Positions 56,852 through 64,000 of a DNA stretch of 64,000 nucleotides are shown here, piece by piece; the first letter of the stretch is position 1; each line of letters opens with the position of its first letter. Under the pieces are notes generated by a model. The model did no database searches. It had not been told where the DNA came from and saw only the letters and a program-made list of their open reading frames with translations. Source of the stretch: an uncultured Dorea sp. (GTDB lineage Bacteria > Bacillota > Clostridia > Lachnospirales > Lachnospiraceae); assembly GCA_910577685.1 (NCBI GenBank), contig CAJTOH010000013.1, forward strand, positions 6,493 through 70,492. Direction: 5' to 3'. Position numbers and translations under genes: made by a program.

Positions 56852-57988
56852 TTTCTTGTACTGAATCGCCGCCGGGTCTTTGATGGGTTCCTCCCGCATC
56901 CACTCCTTTGTGGCGTCGTTTCGTTTCACCTCTGATTGATGCTGATACAAAAACCTTACCAGCTCATAACAGCTTACCCATATTTCATTATTCCCGTCCC
57001 TTTGGGATTCGTCAAAAATCAACTGCAGGCCAAAATGCAGATGATATTCGTCAATATTATTTACATTCTCTTCCTTACTGTACCCCGTTCTTCCAATATA
57101 ACCAATCACGTCCCCTGCCTGTACTACGTCCCCCTTCTTAAGTCCTTCCGCGTATGGGCGGTCTTTCCTGAGATGCGCATAATAATAGTAACGCTTCCCG
57201 TCGAAACTGTTGATCCCCACGCGCCATCCCCCGTACTGATTCCAGCCAAGCTCCGCCACATAGCCTGACTCCACGGCGATGACCGGCGTTCCCACCTGCC
57301 CCATCATATCGTGTCCCAGATGATTTCTCCGATAACCGTAGGTTCTGGACACGCCGAAATCATCGTAATCCGAGTAGGGGAATCCTTTTGCAATAGGGTG
57401 AAACGCTTTCAGGCCGTATACCTTCTTACCTGATACCTCATACTTTCCAACCATGCCGTCCAGCACCGCCCCGTATGCTTCCCGGTAATAGGGATAATAT
57501 TTCATATCTGCCGTCAGTTCCTTGAGAGTCTTCTCTCCCCCTGTAAGAATCTGCGCTATTTCATCCAGATCCTCTCCCTTATATCCGGAAAAATCGCCTC
57601 CGTACTTTGCCCCCAGAATTGCCAAAAGCTCCACCCAGTTTAGATGCACATCTTTTCCATAAGTATCCAAATCATACTGATAGGCGCGCTTCATAGCGTC
57701 GCAGGTCACCTGAAACTCCACCCATTTGATATATTCCTGAGCTGACCCGTCGTCTTCGCCGCCCTCCTTCGAGTCTTCACCCGGGTCCTCTTCAACGTCC
57801 TTCTTCGAGTCTTCACCCGGACCTTCTTCAACGCCCTTCTTCGTCTGATCCGAACCGGCCTGATTTCTCATCTCCATTGCCGTAACGCTGTCCCTATAAA
57901 AAGACGGGCCGTATTCCTCCCCTGCAGTCAATATCCCGCCAACGGCCAGAGATATACACAGAAGCAGCACTGCCGTATGCTTTTTCAT
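56834..57988 (-). CDS. M23 family metallopeptidase (peptidoglycan hydrolase) with an acidic repeat linker
   Basis: HLGHDMMG, GDVIGYIGRTGYS and YHLHFGLQ are the M23 motifs HxxxD and HxH. There is an N-terminal signal or anchor. The track start (58003) is a GTG, and I prefer the ATG at 57988 (MKKHTAVLLL). Confidence 0.85.
   Translation of the reverse strand: MKKHTAVLLLCISLAVGGILTAGEEYGPSFYRDSVTAMEMRNQAGSDQTKKGVEEGPGEDSKKDVEEDPGEDSKEGGEDDGSAQEYIKWVEFQVTCDAMKRAYQYDLDTYGKDVHLNWVELLAILGAKYGGDFSGYKGEDLDEIAQILTGGEKTLKELTADMKYYPYYREAYGAVLDGMVGKYEVSGKKVYGLKAFHPIAKGFPYSDYDDFGVSRTYGYRRNHLGHDMMGQVGTPVIAVESGYVAELGWNQYGGWRVGINSFDGKRYYYYAHLRKDRPYAEGLKKGDVVQAGDVIGYIGRTGYSKEENVNNIDEYHLHFGLQLIFDESQRDGNNEIWVSCYELVRFLYQHQSEVKRNDATKEWMREEPIKDPAAIQYKKGKKKG
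57767..57838. repeat. in-frame 36-nt tandem repeat x2 inside the M23 gene
   Basis: The units 57767-57802 and 57803-57838 encode KKGVEEGPGEDS and KKDVEEDPGEDS. Confidence 0.85.
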
Positions 57989-58082
57989 CCACCCATGCCT
58001 CACGTTTCGTATGTGCTTTTATAGTCAGCTTATGCAGGCTTAACCCCTTCCATTCCTTGAATCGGTAAAATTGGACGATACC

Positions 58083-58131
58083 AAAAAGGACGACCGGGAA
58101 ATAACGCTTTTCGCAGTATTTCCGATCGTCC
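58083..58131 (-). terminator. glgP rho-independent terminator
   Basis: The minus strand reads GGACGATCGGAAATA-(13-nt loop)-TATTTCCCGGTCGTCC followed by TTTTTGG. Confidence 0.8.
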
Positions 58132-58133
58132 GC

Positions 58134-58243
58134 TTCTTTCATTATATTATGCTTATTTTAAATGCAAAGATTCTTTCATATATTACGCTTATTTTAAGCG
58201 CCAAGATTCTTTCATTATATTACGCTTATTTTAAATGCCATAT
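58134..58243. repeat. 36/37-nt AT-rich tandem repeat x3 spanning the glgP stop codon
   Basis: Copies lie at 58134-58170, 58171-58206 and 58207-58243. The gene-proximal copy encodes the last five codons (IWHLK) plus TAA. The two distal copies are degenerate replicas sitting between the stop and the terminator. Confidence 0.9.
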
Positions 58244-60484
58244 ATCTTTATTATAGTCTGCAATCGTTCTGTCAGATGAGAAAAATCCTGCCTTCGCGAT
58301 ATTGACCAGCATCTTCCTGCTCCATGCCTTTCGGTTCTCATACTCATCGAAAACCCGCTCTTTCACATCAATATACTCCTTTAAATCCAGAAGCGTCATG
58401 AACCAATCCTTATAGATCAGCTCTGCATGGATCTGAAGCAGATGATACGGGTCGCCGATTCTCATCATCTCCGGGCTGATAATAAAGTTCACCAGCGTAC
58501 GGATCTGCTCATCCTCAATGTAGTAATCCGCCGCCCTGTATCCCGAGTTGGCATAAAGCTCAATGACCTTCTCGCTGGACTCGCCAAAGATATAGATATT
58601 CTCGTCTCCCACCAGCTCATGGATCTCCACGTTGGCTCCGTCCTCGGTTCCAAGGGTCACAGCCCCATTTAACATGAACTTCATGTTGCCGGTTCCGGAG
58701 GCCTCCTTGGAAGCCAGAGAGATCTGCTCCGAGATATCGCACGCCGGAATCAAATGCTCCGCCATGGTCACATTATAGTTCTCCACCATTACGACCTTCA
58801 GATACGGCGCAACCTCCGGATCATTCGCCGTTAATTCCTGCAGACATAAGATCACATGGATAATATCCTTCGCGATAGCATAGGCCGGCGCAGCCTTTGC
58901 GCCGAAAATCATCGTAATAGGCGTCGAAGGCTTCGTCCCCGCCTTAATCTCAAGATATTTATAGATCGCATACAGCACATTCATCTGCTGACGCTTGTAC
59001 TCGTGCAGACGCTTCACCTGAATATCAAAGATCGAATCCGGATCCACTTCCAACCCCTGCGTCTCTTTCAAATATTCCGCAAGCTGCACCTTCTTCGTAT
59101 GCTTCACCTCAAGCAGTTTCCCAAGCGCTCCCTCATCGTCAATCCTGCTCATCAGTAAATCCAGCTTCCGGGCATCCTTCCGGAAATCTCCTTCCACATA
59201 ATCGTCTAACCAGCCCACAAGCTCCTTGTTGCAGTGCAGAAGCCATCTTCGGAACGTAATCCCGTTAGTCTTATTGTTGAATTTCTCCGGATAAATATCA
59301 TAGAACGGCTTCAGCTCCGAATTTTTCAGGATCTCCGTATGCAGAGCCGCCACGCCGTTGACGCTGTATCCGAAATGAATATCCATATGCGCCATATGCA
59401 CCCTGTTCTGATCATCGATAATTGCCACCCTTGAATCCTGATGTCTTCCCTTCATACGCATATCCAAATCCTTGATGATCGGCACGATCTGAGGCGCCAC
59501 CTGCTCCAGATAATCCAGAGGCCACTTCTCCAATGCCTCCGCAAGAATCGTATGGTTCGTATATGCACACGTCTTCTGCACGATCTCGATCGCCTCATTG
59601 AAATCCACATTCTTCTGCACCAGAAGACGAATCATCTCAGGAATAACCATAGACGGATGAGTGTCATTGATCTGAATCGCCACATGTTCATGGAGCTTCC
59701 TAAGGTCGTACCCCTTCTCCTCACATTCTTTCAGAATCAACTGCGCGCCGTTGGATACCATGAAATACTGCTGATAGATCCGAAGCAGATTCCCCTCCCA
59801 GTCGCTGTCGTCCGGATACAAAAAGAGGGTTAAGTTCTTTCCAATATCCCTCTTGTCAAAGGAAATGCCGTTTCTGATAATACTCTCGTCCACGCCTTCC
59901 ACATCGAACAGATGCAGCTTATTCTTCCCATTCTCGTATCCCGCCACATCAATATCGTATAGCTTCGATGTGAGCGTAAAATCCTTAAACGGCACTTGGA
60001 AGCTAATCCCGGTATCTTCAAGCCAGGACTGCGGCTCTATCCACGGGTTCGGAGCCTCCTTCTGCTTGTGGGCTTCAAACACCTGACGGAACAATCCCAT
60101 ATGATAATTCAATCCAATACCGTCTCCGCAAAGCCCCAGAGAAGCGATTGAATCCAAGAAACACGCCGCAAGCCGGCCTAAACCTCCGTTACCCAAAGAC
60201 GGCTCCGGCTCTGCCTCTTCAATGTCAGACAGCTTCTTACCGTTTTTCTCCAATAACTCCGCCGCCTCGTCGTAAATCCCCAGATTAATCAGATTGTTAG
60301 ATAACAGTTTACCGATCAAAAATTCTGCTGATATATAATATACCTTCTTATCTCCGGCAATATCCGGCGTCTCCTTTAATCTCTCCTTCGTGTATGCAAG
60401 CAGAGCGTAGTAAATCTCCTGATTGCCCGCATCTTTTACATCCTTATTAAGTTCCTTCTGTAAAAATGTCGCTAAATCAAGCAT
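58226..60484 (-). CDS. glgP: glycogen / alpha-glucan phosphorylase
   Basis: [15 protein letters not shown] and the [18 protein letters not shown]-Lys region. The product is about 750 aa. The start was moved to the ATG (MLDLATF) 5 nt after GGAGG. Confidence 0.95.
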   Translation of the reverse strand: MLDLATFLQKELNKDVKDAGNQEIYYALLAYTKERLKETPDIAGDKKVYYISAEFLIGKLLSNNLINLGIYDEAAELLEKNGKKLSDIEEAEPEPSLGNGGLGRLAACFLDSIASLGLCGDGIGLNYHMGLFRQVFEAHKQKEAPNPWIEPQSWLEDTGISFQVPFKDFTLTSKLYDIDVAGYENGKNKLHLFDVEGVDESIIRNGISFDKRDIGKNLTLFLYPDDSDWEGNLLRIYQQYFMVSNGAQLILKECEEKGYDLRKLHEHVAIQINDTHPSMVIPEMIRLLVQKNVDFNEAIEIVQKTCAYTNHTILAEALEKWPLDYLEQVAPQIVPIIKDLDMRMKGRHQDSRVAIIDDQNRVHMAHMDIHFGYSVNGVAALHTEILKNSELKPFYDIYPEKFNNKTNGITFRRWLLHCNKELVGWLDDYVEGDFRKDARKLDLLMSRIDDEGALGKLLEVKHTKKVQLAEYLKETQGLEVDPDSIFDIQVKRLHEYKRQQMNVLYAIYKYLEIKAGTKPSTPITMIFGAKAAPAYAIAKDIIHVILCLQELTANDPEVAPYLKVVMVENYNVTMAEHLIPACDISEQISLASKEASGTGNMKFMLNGAVTLGTEDGANVEIHELVGDENIYIFGESSEKVIELYANSGYRAADYYIEDEQIRTLVNFIISPEMMRIGDPYHLLQIHAELIYKDWFMTLLDLKEYIDVKERVFDEYENRKAWSRKMLVNIAKAGFFSSDRTIADYNKDIWHLK

Positions 60485-60617
60485 AATATTCCTCCATTCC
60501 ATAATTACAGTAATACTTTACCATAAGTTTCCACGCTTGTCTAATAAGATATAATAAAAAATTAACAAACACGCACTAAGGTATAAAATTCCCCAACATT
60601 CTTTCCGGCCCCGGAAA

Positions 60618-60654
60618 TAAAAAACGTACGGTCAGAACTTCCTCCTGCCGTACG
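60618..60654 (-). terminator. yajC terminator
   Basis: The minus strand reads CGTACGG-(16-nt loop)-CCGTACG followed by TTTTTTAT. Confidence 0.7.
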
Positions 60655-60678
60655 CTCTTCTTCCATATTCTCTAACAA

Positions 60679-60984
60679 TTACTCTGCGGACGCCTTCTCA
60701 ACCTGCGCAATCGCGGCTTTCTGCATTGGGATCCGGCAGTTCCGGTTACTTCCAAACTCAACAATCACATCGCTGTCGCTGATATCGATGATCACGCCGT
60801 AGAATCCGCTTGTCGTCAGAACCGTGTCCCCAACTTCCATCTCTGCGATCATCGACTGGACTCTCTTCTGCTCCTTCTTCTGTGGTCTCAGGAAAACAAA
60901 ATAAAAGCCGCCAAAAATAACCGCATATACAAGAATCAGTAATGCCCAGCTTCCACCTGCACTCTGTGTCGCCAATGTGTACAT
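60679..60984 (-). CDS. yajC: preprotein translocase subunit YajC
   Basis: A single TM helix followed by FLRPQKKEQKR...GDTVLTTSGFYGVI, the YajC signature. Confidence 0.9.
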   Translation of the reverse strand: MYTLATQSAGGSWALLILVYAVIFGGFYFVFLRPQKKEQKRVQSMIAEMEVGDTVLTTSGFYGVIIDISDSDVIVEFGSNRNCRIPMQKAAIAQVEKASAE

Positions 60985-61084
60985 AAAATCTTCCTCCTAA
61001 AATATCTGTCTTAAAAAAACACTATTGCTATCATACACAATAATTGGCCGTACATCAAGTAATTTTATAGAATTCTTGTTATTT

Positions 61085-62224
61085 TCATGATATTTTTATA
61101 GAAGATGCCATTCCGTCAAGTTTCTTTGCCTTATACTCCTGATAACGTCCTTCCTCGATTGCCTCCCGGATCTCCTCCATCATCGTATTGTAGAAATACA
61201 GGTTATGGAGCACGCACAGCCTCATACCGAGCATCTCCTTCGCTTTCAGCAGATGACGGATATATGCCCGCGAATACGTCCGGCATGCCGGACACCGGCA
61301 GCCTTCCTCGATGGGACTGTCGTCCAATTCATATTGGGCGTTAAACAGGTTCAGCTTCCCCTGATTGGTGTAAACATGCCCGTGCCTTCCGTTGCGGCTG
61401 GGATATACACAGTCAAAAAAGTCTACGCCCCGCTCCACGGCCTCCAAAATATTCGCCGGCGTTCCCACACCCATCAGATATGTAGGCTTGTTCACGGGAA
61501 GATGGGGTACCACCGCCTCCAGAATCCGGTACATCTCCTCATGGGATTCCCCCACCGCCAATCCGCCGACAGCGTAGCCGTCAAGATCAAGCTCCGTAAT
61601 CTCCTGAGCATGGCGGATACGGATATCCTCATAGATCCCCCCCTGATTAATCCCGAACAGCATCTGCTGCCGATTAATGGTTTCCGGCAGGCTGTTAAGC
61701 CTGTTCATCTCGTCTTTACAGCGGACGAGCCACCTGGCCGTCCTGTCTACGGACCGCTCCATATACTCCCGGTCGGCAACGCTTGAAGGACACTCGTCGA
61801 AAGCCATCGCAATCGTAGAGGCCAGATTCGACTGGATCCTCATACTCTCCTCCGGATCCATAAAGATCTTCCTTCCGTCTATGTGGGAGTTAAAATACAC
61901 TCCCTCTTCCTTGATTCGTCTCAATCCTGCCAGAGAAAATACCTGAAAACCGCCTGAATCCGTCAGAATCGGCTTGTCCCAAGCCATAAATTTATGAAGC
62001 CCTCCCAGCTTTTTCACCACTTCGTCCCCCGGACGCACATGAAGGTGATAGGTATTCGAAAGCTCCACCTGGGTCTTGATTCCTCTCAGATCGTCTGTGG
62101 AAACAGCGCCCTTAATCGCTGCTGCGGTTCCCACATTCATAAATACAGGGGTCTCAACGACCCCATGTACCGTATGCAATCTTCCTCTCTTGGCAAGACC
62201 ATCCTGTTTGATTAATTCATACAT
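61085..62224 (-). CDS. tgt: tRNA-guanosine(34) transglycosylase (queuine tRNA-ribosyltransferase)
   Basis: TPVFMNVGT, TDSGGFQV, GLAVGE and the Zn site CxCxxC...H (CRCPACRTYSRAYIRHL). Confidence 0.95.
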   Translation of the reverse strand: MYELIKQDGLAKRGRLHTVHGVVETPVFMNVGTAAAIKGAVSTDDLRGIKTQVELSNTYHLHVRPGDEVVKKLGGLHKFMAWDKPILTDSGGFQVFSLAGLRRIKEEGVYFNSHIDGRKIFMDPEESMRIQSNLASTIAMAFDECPSSVADREYMERSVDRTARWLVRCKDEMNRLNSLPETINRQQMLFGINQGGIYEDIRIRHAQEITELDLDGYAVGGLAVGESHEEMYRILEAVVPHLPVNKPTYLMGVGTPANILEAVERGVDFFDCVYPSRNGRHGHVYTNQGKLNLFNAQYELDDSPIEEGCRCPACRTYSRAYIRHLLKAKEMLGMRLCVLHNLYFYNTMMEEIREAIEEGRYQEYKAKKLDGMASSIKIS

Positions 62225-62245
62225 GGTCTTCTCCTTACTTCTTAC

Positions 62246-64000
62246 TTAATAATGGCAGACAACCGGCACGCCGTCATACATTAAATCATATAATTGCTGC
62301 GCAATGCTGTACGGCAGATTCACACAGCCGTGAGAACCGTGAGTCTGATACCTTCTGCCGCCGAAGGCCGACTGCCATGTAGCGTCATGGAAGCCGATTC
62401 CTCCGTTGAAAGGCATCCAGAAAGCCACCGGCGTCTCATACTCATAGGTTCCGTCCGGCTGCTTTTCCCCTCTCAACGTCCTGTTCTTCTGCTTCCACGC
62501 CAAAGAATACACTCCCTGCGGCGTCGCGTGGCCGTTATTGGGATTGCCGGTCACACAGTCGGACTGCAAAACGATCTGGCCGTCCTTAATAAAATACATC
62601 CTCTGATTCGTCAGATCCACTTCCGCATAGGTGCCGCCCACGTCAGTTCCTCCGTGGCTGATACCCCGGCTTAAATAATTCGGCTCTCTGGTTACGGTCT
62701 CCCCATTCTGAATATTCGCAAGCAGCGCGGTATATTCCGCATCCTGATCTATCCTCCAGCCAAATCCGCCGCCTTCCACCGTAACTACGTTGCCGGTCGC
62801 CGTGGTGAATTGCCGCGGTACTCCCTTCGTATCATACTTCTCAGCCAATGACTGAACATAACCGCGGACCGCTTCCTCGTCAAAGGTTACGTTCATATCT
62901 CCATCCACCTTCACCCACTGGGAGATCACAGCCGCGTCCACCACTTCCTTCTCCGGGTTGAAATCGTAAGTAACATTCGCCCCCAGATAACCATTCATGG
63001 CGTCCGCCGCCGCCTTAACCTCCGGGGAATCGGAGACAAACCGCGGAAGGGCGTAACATCCCTTTTCGGAAAGATCCAGAGACGGCTGAAATCCGCTGAT
63101 CGCTTCCGCTATCTTCGCGCTTAAAACTTCTCCGTTAATCTGGGTACCCACAACCTCGGGCGCAACTACAAACTGTCCGTCCTTAAACTCCGGATGCGCA
63201 TCCACAGAGGGCGTCTTTCCTTCCGGATTCATACAATCAAGAGCTGCGATCGTCTCTCCAAGCGCCGCCTCGTCATACTTCACTCCAATCTCCGTCTCGA
63301 TCTCAGGATGGTCCCACAGCGACTTTGGCCATGAAAATCCATTCTGTTCCTTTACGATCTCTTCGAGTTTATTGCCCGGCACATACTTTATGGAAATATC
63401 CGAGCCGGCGATCGTCTCCTCCGCTCCTCCGGACTCCTTAAGCGTCAGTTTATAATCCGCCACCTTCTTCTTCATCTCGTCTTCTACTTGACCGACGCTC
63501 TTCATGGAACAATCCGTGCCGTTAATCGTCGTAAAAAACATGAAATGGCTATTAAAATACACTGCCAGACCTATGTATGCCGTTAATAAAACGCCCGCCG
63601 CGCTTCCTGCCGTGATCAGCGCTATCTTCAGAGCCTTCTTACTCTTTTCCTTGTCTCTTTTCCTTCTTCTGCCTCTCTTACCCATCTTAGCCTCTTCTCG
63701 ATCATCAACTTCGTTTAAAGCATCCTGCGGCTGTCTGCCGCTCTTTGTTCCAGATACGTCTCTGTCAGAAGATACGCCAGAAGAGTCAGGATTCTTTTTA
63801 CGAGGCTTCTTCTTATGCGGAATATCCTCCTTCGAAGGTTCCCTTTGCGAAACCGCTTTGGCAGAATTCCCCCTGCGCGGCTGCCCTTCCCTGCCGGACG
63901 CAATCCTTTCAGAGCCGCCTTTACCCGAGCCGCTCCTGCCTGAAACGCCTTCGCCCCTGTCCGGCGCTGTCCTTTTGGAGCCGCCTTTGCCCGAACTGCT
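62246..64000 (-). CDS. L,D-transpeptidase (YkuD domain) with a membrane anchor and a long basic, disordered N-terminus; possibly 5'-partial at the window edge
   Basis: The C-terminal YkuD catalytic motif is HGSHGCVNLP, and a TM helix (ALKIALITAGSAAGVLLTAYIGLAVYF) is present. The first in-frame ATG is at 63685 with an AGAGG 5 nt upstream. However, the frame has no stop from 63686 to 64000 and encodes a G/S/K/R-rich tail. The true start may therefore lie at 63685 or beyond 64000. Confidence 0.8.
   Translation of the reverse strand, partial: SSSGKGGSKRTAPDRGEGVSGRSGSGKGGSERIASGREGQPRRGNSAKAVSQREPSKEDIPHKKKPRKKNPDSSGVSSDRDVSGTKSGRQPQDALNEVDDREEAKMGKRGRRRKRDKEKSKKALKIALITAGSAAGVLLTAYIGLAVYFNSHFMFFTTINGTDCSMKSVGQVEDEMKKKVADYKLTLKESGGAEETIAGSDISIKYVPGNKLEEIVKEQNGFSWPKSLWDHPEIETEIGVKYDEAALGETIAALDCMNPEGKTPSVDAHPEFKDGQFVVAPEVVGTQINGEVLSAKIAEAISGFQPSLDLSEKGCYALPRFVSDSPEVKAAADAMNGYLGANVTYDFNPEKEVVDAAVISQWVKVDGDMNVTFDEEAVRGYVQSLAEKYDTKGVPRQFTTATGNVVTVEGGGFGWRIDQDAEYTALLANIQNGETVTREPNYLSRGISHGGTDVGGTYAEVDLTNQRMYFIKDGQIVLQSDCVTGNPNNGHATPQGVYSLAWKQKNRTLRGEKQPDGTYEYETPVAFWMPFNGGIGFHDATWQSAFGGRRYQTHGSHGCVNLPYSIAQQLYDLMYDGVPVVCHY

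Noticed and set aside
63715-63903. 62-aa Arg-rich ORF upstream of the L,D-transpeptidase ATG.
   Set aside because: It is an alternative frame of a region that is open in the transpeptidase frame. Its composition (R/L/K runs) is implausible, and it has no RBS.

Overview
This window looks like a chromosomal housekeeping segment from an endospore-forming Firmicute, probably Clostridia or Lachnospiraceae-like. The taxonomic pointers are spoIVA, a C. difficile-type class B sortase, and a deacetylase carrying GW/YY cell-wall-binding repeats. I call about 57 protein genes, most on the minus strand. They cover central metabolism (mgsA, asd, argH, pheA, pyrBI, prs, serAC, ilvBD, leuB, glgP, a GH13 enzyme), lipid and envelope functions (pgsA, plsY, gpsA, L,D-transpeptidase, M23 peptidase, NodB deacetylase, LCP, sortase) and information processing (topB, rpoZ, gmk, rimO, der, rqcH, rnhA, tgt, queH, yajC, ppk1). 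One RNA gene is invisible to the ORF track: a class A RNase P RNA (rnpB) on the minus strand at about 29896-30314. I found no tRNA or rRNA genes, CRISPR arrays, transposases, integrases, or recognisable defence or toxin systems. No clearly novel multi-gene system is evident. The best accessory candidates are: (1) a srtB-lcp-substrate operon whose Ser-rich substrate ends in SPKTG-MF with no hydrophobic or charged tail; (2) a fusion of a cytoplasmic GNAT, one TM helix and an extracellular RsiV-like (DUF4163/DUF3298-type) domain; (3) several short perfect or near-perfect tandem duplications in non-coding or gene-end positions (upstream of pyrB, upstream of mogA, across the glgP stop); (4) an orphan 119-aa gene next to DHH and DUF815 ATPase genes. 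All product calls rest on my reading of motifs in the translated ORFs. No database search was run. The ORF track treats GTG and TTG as M, so I moved several starts to an ATG preceded by a Shine-Dalgarno sequence.
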